Shown here: positions 37,587-46,906 of the stretch, one piece after another | How the letters are laid out: every line of letters starts with the position of its first letter | How positions within the stretch are numbered: the stretch's first letter is position 1 | Virus record (IMG/VR): IMGVR_UViG_3300032013_000003 | Coordinates: 1 to 59,063 of that record | DNA from: a virus | Taxonomy: Duplodnaviria > Caudoviricetes | DNA length: 59,063 nt | Reading direction: 5' to 3' (one strand) | Notes under the pieces: model-generated | Database searches by the model: none | What the model was told of the DNA's origin: nothing | Seen by the model: only the letters and a program-made list of their open reading frames with translations | Position numbers and translations under genes: made by a program

Positions 37587-37930
37587 GCCAGTCCGCGACG
37601 TGGGACACGATGCAGGTGGCGCGCGATGCCCGGCTGTGTGGACGACTCGACGTCGCGGAAGCGCTGCAGGCGGAGATCGACGAGGATCTGCCCGCGTACT
37701 CGCACTTCTACGCAAGAAAATGCAGTCGACCGCACCAGCTGTCACAGGTCGACTTCCTCGAGTGGACCGGAACGCACGAGGCGGCGCGGCTCGTGTCAGT
37801 TCAGATGGCGCAGTCGCTGAACTACAGCGCGCCGATTCAGTTCGAGCGCGGCTCCGATGCCATCGAGATGCGCATGCGCTACTACCACGCCAGCCACTTC
37901 GGCTGGAACGGCGTGTTCCGGATCGACTGA
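37583..37930 (+). CDS. Protein resembling the major capsid C-terminus
   Basis: DAIEMRMRYY...GWNGVFRID vs MCP DSAEARLANY...GWNWNAKIN. Confidence 0.5.
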   Translation: MSQSATWDTMQVARDARLCGRLDVAEALQAEIDEDLPAYSHFYARKCSRPHQLSQVDFLEWTGTHEAARLVSVQMAQSLNYSAPIQFERGSDAIEMRMRYYHASHFGWNGVFRID

Positions 37931-37934
37931 CGCC

Positions 37935-39809
37935 ATGCACCTCGACCCCTCCGTCCTCTCGACCCTCGGCAGACTGGCCAAGCTGCGGCCGGCGGAGGCG
38001 GTGAGCGACGAGGCCAAGGAGACGCCCGAACAGGCTGCGGCGGTGCTGCGCAACCTGGGCTACCCCCACCCCAAACAGGCGGCGTTCTTCCGACGCAGCA
38101 AGGCAGCATGGAAGGCGACCTGCAAGACGCGTCGAGCCGGCGCCACTGCGGGCGGCGTGCGCGAGTTCTTGGCCCGAGCCATCGAGCAGCCAGGTTTCCG
38201 CGCCACGTACGTCACGACGACGCGCCAGGAAGCCCACGACCGCGCGTGGGAGAACGACAATGACTCAGGCTTCGTCCAGATCCTTCGCAAGTACGCCACG
38301 CCACGACGTCACCCGACGCTGAAAGAGGCGTTCGTGTGGGGCGGGGTTCAGATCGACGTCCGCGAGGGCGACCTCGTGCTCAAGTTCTCCAACGGGTCGC
38401 ACATCGAGCTGTTCGGCGCGGACAACGTGCGTCGGCACCGCACCAAGCGCGGCAACTCCAAGCACGTCTTCTGGATCGACGAGGCGCAGGACTTCCCGTC
38501 GCTCGACGTGTTCTTCGATCGCGTCGTGATCGGATCGCTGACCGACTACGAGGGCGAGGCGTGGATCACGGGAACCCCCGGCGTCGACTGCGTCGGCATG
38601 TTCTACGATATCACCAAGGATGTCGACGACGGGCGAATCGAAGGCTGGGAGGTCCACACGATCGCGGTGGTCGATAACCCGTACTTCGGCCACGTCGTCA
38701 CTGATACAACCGATGGCGCGACGATCTACTACGTCGAGGACAACGCCGGAGAGCGATCCGGTCCGTACGACACCACCGAGCAGGCCGAGAAGATCGCAGT
38801 CGAGGTCCGGTGGGAGCGCACCGCCGGCGCGGCCAAGCGCAAGAAGAACTGGAAGGGCACGGAACCAGACTTCGTTCGCGAGTGGCTCGGGCGCTGGGTG
38901 AAGGACGATGCTCGGTTCGTCTACCCGGTCCACGCGGTGCCGAAGCACGTACTCATCTACGCACCGCAGCGGCTCGCCGACAACCCGTTCTGGTCGACCG
39001 ACGATCGATTCAAGGATCACCCGCCCTGGTACGACCACAACGCAGCGCTTGCCGACCTGCCGCACCCGCCCCGGAACTGGGGCCGCCGCGAGTATCAGTG
39101 GCTGTTCGGTCTCTGGGTCGACTTCGGCTACAACCCTGACCCGTTCGCCATCGTGATCGGCGCGTTCACCCCAGACCTGAACGACGTCTACGAGATGTTC
39201 AGCTGGAAGTGCACCAAGGTCCACACCGACGATCAGGGCGGCTACATGAAGCTCGCCTACGACACCGTCGACTCACTAGTGTCGTTCGTCGGAGACCCGG
39301 CCGGCAAGCAGGACGACTTCGAGGTGTGGAAGACGCGGATGAACCTGCCCATCACCGAGGCGAACAAGCAGGGCAAGAACACGCTCGAGGAGTTCCTCGC
39401 TGACGACATCCGTCGCGGCTGGTACCACCTGCGCGCGGAGCCCGACGGCAAGAACCCGTCGCCGCTCTACCTCGAGATGCAGCACCTCGTCTACCTCCCC
39501 GGCAAACCCGGCAAGACTCGTGAGGTTCACAAGCATCGCAAGGTCAACGGCATCGAGTACGGCGATCATTGCGTCGACGCGGCCAGGTACGGCCACGCTG
39601 ACCTCACGCACTATCTGGCTCGAGCGCCCGAAGAGAAGCCACCCGCCGGTTCACGCGAGGCGCTTCAGGCCGAGGCAGATCGCGAAGAGGAGCGCCTCGA
39701 TGCCCGCATGGCCCGGCAGCAGCGGGCGTACGAGGAGGGCGACGAGGTCCCGGGCGAGTACAATCAGACCGAGAACACCGTGTATGGGAGCCATGCGTAT
39801 GACTACTAG
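37935..39809 (+). CDS. terL: Terminase large subunit
   Basis: PHPKQ Q-motif, RRAGAT Walker A variant, WIDEAQ Walker B, TGTP, VDFG and DHCVDAARY nuclease motifs. Confidence 0.92.
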   Translation: MHLDPSVLSTLGRLAKLRPAEAVSDEAKETPEQAAAVLRNLGYPHPKQAAFFRRSKAAWKATCKTRRAGATAGGVREFLARAIEQPGFRATYVTTTRQEAHDRAWENDNDSGFVQILRKYATPRRHPTLKEAFVWGGVQIDVREGDLVLKFSNGSHIELFGADNVRRHRTKRGNSKHVFWIDEAQDFPSLDVFFDRVVIGSLTDYEGEAWITGTPGVDCVGMFYDITKDVDDGRIEGWEVHTIAVVDNPYFGHVVTDTTDGATIYYVEDNAGERSGPYDTTEQAEKIAVEVRWERTAGAAKRKKNWKGTEPDFVREWLGRWVKDDARFVYPVHAVPKHVLIYAPQRLADNPFWSTDDRFKDHPPWYDHNAALADLPHPPRNWGRREYQWLFGLWVDFGYNPDPFAIVIGAFTPDLNDVYEMFSWKCTKVHTDDQGGYMKLAYDTVDSLVSFVGDPAGKQDDFEVWKTRMNLPITEANKQGKNTLEEFLADDIRRGWYHLRAEPDGKNPSPLYLEMQHLVYLPGKPGKTREVHKHRKVNGIEYGDHCVDAARYGHADLTHYLARAPEEKPPAGSREALQAEADREEERLDARMARQQRAYEEGDEVPGEYNQTENTVYGSHAYDY

Positions 39810-39962
39810 AATCGGCGGCACCAGCGAGTGGCTGTATCGCATGCAGCGCGAAGAGGAGATCCGACGCAGGCGGATGTGGAACGCATGGCCGATCGTTCCC
39901 GTGCACGAGGACGCACGCTCGTACGAGAACCACGACCCCGGCGACGAGGACAGGAGCGAGCG

Positions 39963-40184
39963 ATGAGCGAGATCTATGCCGTTTGGTGGTGCGCCGCAGG
40001 CGAGAAGAACCTCGGCGACGGTCCGACGAACTGGGTCGGCGCATGGACGTCGCTCGACGCCGCGCGCGCCGCGCAGATGGCGGTGGCCGGCAGTTGGATC
40101 AACACCGGCATCGTGACCCTGCCCCTCAACGCCGACCGCCCGACGTCGCGCCACGATGCGCAGCAAGGCGATCCGTACCCGTGA
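39963..40184 (+). CDS. Hypothetical protein
   Basis: Coupled ORF with AGGAG RBS. Confidence 0.5.
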   Translation: MSEIYAVWWCAAGEKNLGDGPTNWVGAWTSLDAARAAQMAVAGSWINTGIVTLPLNADRPTSRHDAQQGDPYP

Positions 40185-40438
40185 AGCCACCCACCGGCCC
40201 CATCGACGCCGACGAGGACGGCAACGCCATCCCGGTCCCGCCTGCCGAGTCCGACCTCGCCCAGCTAATCCAGCTGCTCGAGTACGGGCGCCGCCGCGGG
40301 TTCCGGATCGGCCCGACCGTGAAGATCGGCCATCTCGTGACGCAGGTGCAGGACCTGAGGCAGAAAGAGGGCACCGGCCAGGACCTCGAGCCGGATCCTG
40401 GACCGTGGCGCGCTGCAGGGTACGAGGGAGACGAGTGA
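40181..40438 (+). CDS. Hypothetical protein
   Basis: Coupled ORF. Confidence 0.55.
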   Translation: MKPPTGPIDADEDGNAIPVPPAESDLAQLIQLLEYGRRRGFRIGPTVKIGHLVTQVQDLRQKEGTGQDLEPDPGPWRAAGYEGDE

Positions 40439-40803
40439 AGCCCAGCAGCGAGATCGACACCAAGCCGATCCGCAAGCCCGCGCCGCGCCCGCCGATCGAG
40501 CGGTATCTGCGCTGTTCGGTCGAGATCCCCGACGGTAGCGTCGAGATGGGACTCGAGGTTACCGGGCTGGCCGATCGCCAGGAGACGCGTACCGTCCTTC
40601 GCGCGATCGCCACCATGGCGTACATGCGCGCCCGTCTTCAGGGCGGATGGGCAACGACCGAGGAGTTGGCCGACGTCATTACCCCGGACCTTGAAGCCAA
40701 CATGGACGAGATGTGGCCGAATCGGCCGTGGTTTGTCGAGGTCTGGTCATCGGCCGAGGCGCTCACCCAAGTCTACGCGCCGCTCGGCATGCCCATCCGC
40801 TGA
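40435..40803 (+). CDS. Hypothetical protein
   Basis: Coupled ORF. Confidence 0.55.
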   Translation: MKPSSEIDTKPIRKPAPRPPIERYLRCSVEIPDGSVEMGLEVTGLADRQETRTVLRAIATMAYMRARLQGGWATTEELADVITPDLEANMDEMWPNRPWFVEVWSSAEALTQVYAPLGMPIR

Positions 40804-40887
40804 ACCCTATTGCGCGCCCGCGCGCGTTGTGTAACGCTCCCTGCAAATCAACCGGTCCACAGGCAAAGGGACCATCGATCCCTTGCC

Positions 40888-42843
40888 ATGGCCCCACGCT
40901 ACAACGCCCCCATCCGCAGCGACGCACACTGGATGCGCGCGAAGGTGGGCGAGCCGGTGCACGATCGGCTGGTCCCGTACGGCAAGGCGCTGCTCGAGCG
41001 CGAAGCGAACTTCCACGCGAAGAACCTCACGAGGGAGCGCGTGTACCGCGGTGTCGACCTGCAGAACCAGCGGATCGCGCTCGCCGCGCTGTCCGGCTCG
41101 GGCATGGGCATCGCGCGGCTGAACGTCATCAAGGCGATCGGCGACACCTTCGCTTCGCGGCTGTCGAAGGACCGTCCGATGCCCGGGATCGTCGTCAACG
41201 ATTCGGACTTCGAACTGAAAAAGCGGGCCAAGGACTATCGCGAGTTCATCGTCGGCCAGATGCGCGACACCGAGTTCGACGCGCTGTCGGTTCGCGCGCT
41301 ACAGGACGGCGTCAAGCTGGGCCTCGGCTTCACGCGCGTCGACGACAGCGACGAGGCGGTTATCGCCGAGCGCATCCCGGTGAACGATCTGCTGTTCGAC
41401 CGGCGCGAGCTCAAGTACGGCAAGCCGCGCCAGGCGATCCGGATCCAGCGCGTCGCCCGTGACCACCTCGCCGAGCTGTTCCCGAAGCACAAGGAATGGA
41501 TCCTCGAGCGCTGCGCTGCCTCGCTGCGCCGTAAGGACGACACCGACGTGGACGGCGACGGCCCGAAGGTCGGCGACCTGGACGACTACGTCGACACGTG
41601 GGAGGCGTGGTTCCCGCCGATGGTGCCTGACTCGGACATCGGCCGGCACGTGCTCTGCGTCGAGGGCCTGACGCTCGTCACCGAGCAGTGGCACGAGCCG
41701 CGGTTCCCGTGGTCGATGTTCCAACTCGGCGATCCCGACTGGGGCATCTACCCCGAGGGATTCGTCGACATGCTCATCGGGATCCAGCACCGGATCAACC
41801 TGATCGTGCGGGACATCCAGCTGAACCTCGCCGCGACGGGCCGCGGGATCTGGATGGTCAACAAGGCGAACGACATCCCGGTGGAAATGCTCGCCGGCGC
41901 CGCGCCCTACAAGGTCAACTACAACGGCTCGCAGCCGCCGACGTACATCGCGCCGCAGTCCTTCAACATGGCGCAGATGTCGGCGCTCAAGGAGTTCATC
42001 GGCTGGGCCTTCGACCTCTCGGGCGTCTCGAAGGCGAACGCGGAGTCGAAGTCCTCGCTCGGCGCCGGCGCCTCGGGCGTCGCGCTGGACACGCAGTACG
42101 ACATCGACAGCGACCGGTTCCGCATTCCACAGGCGAACTACGCGCGGTACCGGATGCACGGCGGTCAATGCTACCTCGACGCCAGCGCGCGCGTGGCCCG
42201 TCGGCGGCAAGAGGGCAAGGGCGAGAAGCGCTCATGGGTCGCCACGACGTGGAAGTCCAAGGATGCGATCCAGAAGCTGGACTACTCGAAGGTCGTGCTC
42301 GAGGAGGGCTCGTACCGCCTGCGCATCGAGCCGGTCGGGTTCATCCCGGACACTCGCGCGGGCAAGATCGCGGTGGTCGAGCAGCTGGCCAAGGCCGGCG
42401 TCATCCCGCAGTGGCTCGTGCCGATGCTGTTCGACGAGCCCGACCTCGCCGAGGCGAGCCGTATCATGCTCGCACCGATCAAGAACTGCCTGCGCAAGAT
42501 GGATCTGCTCGCCGAGGTCGACGAGGACCTGCCGATGCCCGAGCAGTACAACGACCTCGACATCGAGCTGAAGGTCTCGGTCGCCTACTACAACTGGATT
42601 CAGTGCGAGAACGCGCCGCCCGAGATCCAGGAGCGCTACCGCACGTACTGCGACCTCGTGACCGAGGCGATCAAGGTCAAGGGTCCCGCGACTCCGCCGA
42701 TGGGCATGGCGCCCGCCGAGCAGCCGCTCCCTGGTGGCGTCCCGATGATGCCGCAAGGGCCAGTCCCGCCACCCATGCCGATCGGCGCCCCGCCGATGGG
42801 TCCACCCATGATGCCGCCGGCGCAGATGCCGATGGCGGCCTGA
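40888..42843 (+). CDS. Portal protein
   Basis: 651 aa between terL and scaffold; LSGVS...SGVAL motif; Pro/Met-rich tail as in podoviral portals. Confidence 0.85.
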   Translation: MAPRYNAPIRSDAHWMRAKVGEPVHDRLVPYGKALLEREANFHAKNLTRERVYRGVDLQNQRIALAALSGSGMGIARLNVIKAIGDTFASRLSKDRPMPGIVVNDSDFELKKRAKDYREFIVGQMRDTEFDALSVRALQDGVKLGLGFTRVDDSDEAVIAERIPVNDLLFDRRELKYGKPRQAIRIQRVARDHLAELFPKHKEWILERCAASLRRKDDTDVDGDGPKVGDLDDYVDTWEAWFPPMVPDSDIGRHVLCVEGLTLVTEQWHEPRFPWSMFQLGDPDWGIYPEGFVDMLIGIQHRINLIVRDIQLNLAATGRGIWMVNKANDIPVEMLAGAAPYKVNYNGSQPPTYIAPQSFNMAQMSALKEFIGWAFDLSGVSKANAESKSSLGAGASGVALDTQYDIDSDRFRIPQANYARYRMHGGQCYLDASARVARRRQEGKGEKRSWVATTWKSKDAIQKLDYSKVVLEEGSYRLRIEPVGFIPDTRAGKIAVVEQLAKAGVIPQWLVPMLFDEPDLAEASRIMLAPIKNCLRKMDLLAEVDEDLPMPEQYNDLDIELKVSVAYYNWIQCENAPPEIQERYRTYCDLVTEAIKVKGPATPPMGMAPAEQPLPGGVPMMPQGPVPPPMPIGAPPMGPPMMPPAQMPMAA

Positions 42844-42849
42844 GGAAGA

Positions 42850-43131
42850 ATGCGAATCGTCTTCGACCGCCCGCTCTCCGTCGAGCAGACCCAGATCGCC
42901 GTCGACGAGTCTCGTTACTCGTACGGCATCAAGCTTCCGAAGGTCAGCTACCTGACCATGGAAGGCGACACCAGCGCCGCCGATCGCGAGACCGAGGCGC
43001 GCGAGTGCCAGCCGTCGAGCATGTTCACGCCCGTCGACACCGACTGGGGCGAGCAGGATTCGCTCGCCAACATCCCGCGCAAGAAGGTCCCGTCCTGGAT
43101 CCGCGCGCTCAGCCTCAAGGATAACGAGTAA
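42850..43131 (+). CDS. Hypothetical protein
   Basis: GAGG RBS; between portal and scaffold. Confidence 0.55.
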   Translation: MRIVFDRPLSVEQTQIAVDESRYSYGIKLPKVSYLTMEGDTSAADRETEARECQPSSMFTPVDTDWGEQDSLANIPRKKVPSWIRALSLKDNE

Positions 43132-44435
43132 TGGACGTCGAATTCCACGAGGAGATGTCACCGATCGGCGGCGCCAAGCCTGCCGCTGGCAACTCACAGC
43201 GCGCGCGTGGCCAGATTCACGAGTCGGTGACCGTCGGGTCGGGATCGTCCGAGCCCGTCCGCGACGAGCCGGCCGGATCCGTCGAGCAGGAGTCGGTGAC
43301 CATCGGCAAGGGTGGTCGCGGCTTCGGCCTGTCGCCCACCGCGCGCAAGATGCTCGAGAACATCGACAAGCACGGGACGGTCTCCGACGAGCCGCCCGAA
43401 GCCACCAAGGCCGATTCGCCGCCTGCTGCAGGAGCACCGGCCGCCGCTGTGAATCCTCCCGCCACGCCGACCGGGGCGTCTGCTCCTGCAGCCACCGCGG
43501 CTCTCCCGACCGCGCCGGCGACGTCCACCGAGGACGCGATCGCCGAGATGAGGGCCCGCGCGGACCGGTTCGCGGAGCACAACACGCGGCTCGTCACCGA
43601 GCTCGAGCAGCTGCGCGCGCGCCCGACCCGGGGCGAGCCATCGAAGCGCGAGCAGGCGCTCGACGAGGCCGAGCGGACCATCATGGAGGACTCGATCGGC
43701 GCGCTCCGGCGGGTCTACGCCACTGCGCTGGGCGTCGAGGACCCGAAGCATCCCGACGTCGACAAGCACCTCACGTGGCTGTACCATGACCTCACCGAGC
43801 GCGAGCTCGGCGTGCCGCTCGACCCGAGCATCAAGGCACAACGCGAGTCCGAGCGCGTGAAGCACCTGCTCGCCCGCGACCGGCGCGAGCGCACGGCAGA
43901 GGCGGCGAAGCCTGCCGAGCAGCCCGTCGACCACGAGACCGTGCAGAAGACCGCGGCCGTCACGCGCCTCATCAGCGAGGGCGACCACGCAACGAAGTTC
44001 CCGCTCCTGCGCAATCTGAGCGCGGACTTCGACGGCATGAAGCCCGAGGAGCTGCTGTGGCGAGAAATCAGCCGCGGCCTCCAGACCGGCGAGTACGCCA
44101 ACCCGACGACGCCGGCGCATGACCAACAGCTGATCGATCTCGCATCCCGCAAGATCGAGACTCACTACCAAGCCCTTGCCGAGAAGATCGCCAAGGCAAC
44201 GCAGAAGTCACCCGCAGCAAGCACCGCCACGCCAACTCAAGCAGCCGTAGCGACGGATCAAAAAGCGGAGCCACAGGGAAACGGGCCCCGGACCATCACG
44301 AACGCGAGCGCGAGTGTTGCACCCGCAACAACTCCGGCAGCAAAGCCAGCACCGACCGAGACGACCCCGAAGCCGTGGAGAAACGAAAAGGAGCGCATCA
44401 AGTGGCTCGCCTCCAAGCACTTCGGGGAGACCTGA
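43131..44435 (+). CDS. Capsid scaffolding protein
   Basis: Low-complexity termini, charged coiled coil, immediately before MCP. Confidence 0.7.
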   Translation: MDVEFHEEMSPIGGAKPAAGNSQRARGQIHESVTVGSGSSEPVRDEPAGSVEQESVTIGKGGRGFGLSPTARKMLENIDKHGTVSDEPPEATKADSPPAAGAPAAAVNPPATPTGASAPAATAALPTAPATSTEDAIAEMRARADRFAEHNTRLVTELEQLRARPTRGEPSKREQALDEAERTIMEDSIGALRRVYATALGVEDPKHPDVDKHLTWLYHDLTERELGVPLDPSIKAQRESERVKHLLARDRRERTAEAAKPAEQPVDHETVQKTAAVTRLISEGDHATKFPLLRNLSADFDGMKPEELLWREISRGLQTGEYANPTTPAHDQQLIDLASRKIETHYQALAEKIAKATQKSPAASTATPTQAAVATDQKAEPQGNGPRTITNASASVAPATTPAAKPAPTETTPKPWRNEKERIKWLASKHFGET

Positions 44436-44478
44436 TCGATAGCTGACTCGCGGTGCTCCCCAACAAGGAGCACACCAC

Positions 44479-45747
44479 GTGACCGCACATACGCTAGCGA
44501 ATCAAGACGCCTTCCTCAAGGACGTCTACACCACCGAGAAGATCCTCGAGCAGAGCTACGGGGAGAATGCCCTGTTCGCCTTCATGTCGAAGGAGCAGGG
44601 CGTCATGGCCGGCGGACGTCGATACGTCCAGCCTGTCGAGTTCGGCAACCCGAGCGGCGCGAACGGCGACTACGCGTCCGCGATGACCGACAACACGATC
44701 AGCCAGTACGAGGACTTCCTCATCCCGCGGAAGACTCAGTACCAGCGCATCGTGGTGAACCACGAGCTGCTGTTCGCGACGGCGCGCAAGTCCGACGCGT
44801 ACGTCAGTTCGATCAAGGAGTTCGACCGCGGATTCAAGTCGCTGGGCGAGAAGATCGGGCGCCGCCTGTACCGCACCGCGGGTGGCAACATCGGCAAGCT
44901 CGCGATCGCCTCGACGAACACGACCACGCTGACGTTCACCGACAACGCGGCCGTCTTCAACTTCCACATCAACCAGGTCCTGCAGTTCAGCGCGACCGAC
45001 GGCACCGGCTCGCTGCTCGACAGCGGCGACACCACGACCGTCACCGCGGTGGACCATGAGTCCGGCTCCGTCACGATCGCCGACAACCTCGGCACCAAGA
45101 TCGCCGGCGTCGCGACCTCCTCGTACGTCTTCCAGCGCGGCGACTACGGCGTCTGCCTCGCCGGCGTCGAGGACTGGCTTCCGATCGACGACCGCACCAC
45201 GAAGCTGGCCGCGTCGTTCAACTCGGTCGTGCGTACGCCCGCCCCGGTCTACCTGGGCGGCATCTACTACGACGGCACCGCGGCCGGTGGCCTCGACGAG
45301 GTCATCATCAAGGCGACCGGCAAGGCTGGCAAGTACGGCGCCAAGACGTCGCACATCTTCGCCAATCCCGAGTCGCTGTCGGACCTCGAGCTGATCAGCA
45401 ACTCGAAGATGCGCATCCTCGGCGAGCTGACCACGTCGATCCGCAATGAGACCGGCGACCTGATCGTCGGGTTCAGCGGCTACAAGGCCCTCGTCGGCGG
45501 GCGCGTCGTTCGCATCTACCCCGACCGCAACTGCCCCTCGAATCGCCTCACCGGCCTGCAGCTCGACACGTGGACCCTCTGGCACACGGGCGAGCTGATC
45601 AACTGGACCGGCGAGTCGTACACCGGCAACCGCCTGCAGCCCTCGCAGAACGAGGACAGCGCGGAGGCCCGCCTCGCGAACTACTCCAACGTCGGTTGCA
45701 AGGCACCGGGATGGAACTGGAACGCGAAGATCAACCCGAGCACCTGA
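44479..45747 (+). CDS. Major capsid protein
   Basis: 422 aa, strong AAGGAG RBS, strongly biased codons, position after scaffold. Confidence 0.85.
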   Translation: MTAHTLANQDAFLKDVYTTEKILEQSYGENALFAFMSKEQGVMAGGRRYVQPVEFGNPSGANGDYASAMTDNTISQYEDFLIPRKTQYQRIVVNHELLFATARKSDAYVSSIKEFDRGFKSLGEKIGRRLYRTAGGNIGKLAIASTNTTTLTFTDNAAVFNFHINQVLQFSATDGTGSLLDSGDTTTVTAVDHESGSVTIADNLGTKIAGVATSSYVFQRGDYGVCLAGVEDWLPIDDRTTKLAASFNSVVRTPAPVYLGGIYYDGTAAGGLDEVIIKATGKAGKYGAKTSHIFANPESLSDLELISNSKMRILGELTTSIRNETGDLIVGFSGYKALVGGRVVRIYPDRNCPSNRLTGLQLDTWTLWHTGELINWTGESYTGNRLQPSQNEDSAEARLANYSNVGCKAPGWNWNAKINPST

Positions 45748-45756
45748 GGTACGGCC

Positions 45757-46155
45757 ATGACGACTCAAGGAACCGCTCGAAGCACTCACCCGGTCAACTC
45801 GCCGAGGTCCGGGACGGAGATCCTGTACGCCCACGTCACCGGCGGCGGCGCCGCGACGTCGTGCACGCTCGACGCGCAGAGTGCGCTCAACGGCGAGATC
45901 CTCTCGCTGACGTACTCGAGCACCGGCGTCTACACCGGCGTCTTTCGCTACGTCTACCCCGCACTCGTCGGCGCCCCGATCGTCTCGTGGGGCGCGCAGG
46001 GCACCGCCGGCATCCACGGCACCGTCACGGCGATCGACGTCACCGCCGGGACCTTCACCGTCAAGTTCTACGTCGGCAACACGCTGACGGACCTGGCGAC
46101 CACCGACACCCCCTACTTCACGTGGACGGTCCGCACGTCCGCAAGGAATCCGTAA
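45757..46155 (+). CDS. Putative capsid decoration/structural protein
   Basis: Thr/Gly-rich beta protein after MCP; STGVYT motif. Confidence 0.55.
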   Translation: MTTQGTARSTHPVNSPRSGTEILYAHVTGGGAATSCTLDAQSALNGEILSLTYSSTGVYTGVFRYVYPALVGAPIVSWGAQGTAGIHGTVTAIDVTAGTFTVKFYVGNTLTDLATTDTPYFTWTVRTSARNP

Positions 46156-46156
46156 C

Positions 46157-46879
46157 ATGCTGAGCGCAGAACAACTGAAGAAGGTCGGAAACTTCGACCA
46201 GAGCACCATCGACGGGCTCTCGGACGCGATCGGCGCCGGCATCGACGCCGTCTCCGCGGCCGGAGCGCTGTCGCTCACCACGTACCTCACCGAGTTGACC
46301 GTCTCGGGAACCAAGGCGTACACGCTCGCCGCGCCGACCGTCGCTGGTCAGCGCAAGCGCATCGTGTGCGTCTCGGCGGCCTCCACGCCGCTCGGGACCG
46401 TGACGATCTCGAGCCCGGACGACACCGCAGGGTTCGTCTGCTCCACGACGTTCACGTTCACGACCGTGGGTCAGGCGATCGAACTGGTCGCCACGTCCGG
46501 CCTGAAGTGGCGCGCGGTGCGCGTCGTGCGAGCCGGCGTCAAGGCCACCATCACCGCCGGCGTCGACGTCCTGACGGGCCTCAACCTGCACCAGGTGTAC
46601 TCGCTCGCCGTCGACGGGACGGACGCGGGCACCGGTGCCGGCGGCCTGCCGAATGGGTCGGCAGTCGGCGAGCGATGCTCGATCGTTTGCGAGCTTGCGG
46701 CCAACACGCCGATCGGCAGCCTCTCGGGCACCTACATCGGAATGTTCGGCACGGCCTACACCGCGGTCGGCGCGATCGGTGTCGTGGCATCGACGACCGT
46801 GGTCGGCGACTGCGCGCTGCTCGAGTGGACCGGGTCGGCCTGGCTCGTCGTGTATCAGAACGGCTGCACGCTCTCGTGA
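46157..46879 (+). CDS. Putative structural protein with two repeated beta domains
   Basis: Repeats GQRKRIVC/GERCSIVC and GQAIEL...W/GDCALLEW. Confidence 0.6.
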   Translation: MLSAEQLKKVGNFDQSTIDGLSDAIGAGIDAVSAAGALSLTTYLTELTVSGTKAYTLAAPTVAGQRKRIVCVSAASTPLGTVTISSPDDTAGFVCSTTFTFTTVGQAIELVATSGLKWRAVRVVRAGVKATITAGVDVLTGLNLHQVYSLAVDGTDAGTGAGGLPNGSAVGERCSIVCELAANTPIGSLSGTYIGMFGTAYTAVGAIGVVASTTVVGDCALLEWTGSAWLVVYQNGCTLS

Positions 46880-46906
46880 TCTGAAGGTAGCCGGACGACC
46901 GCCAGC

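Noticed and set aside
42850-43131. Portal-derived fragment analogous to the capsid fragments
   Set aside because: Resemblance to the portal is too weak to distinguish from chance by eye
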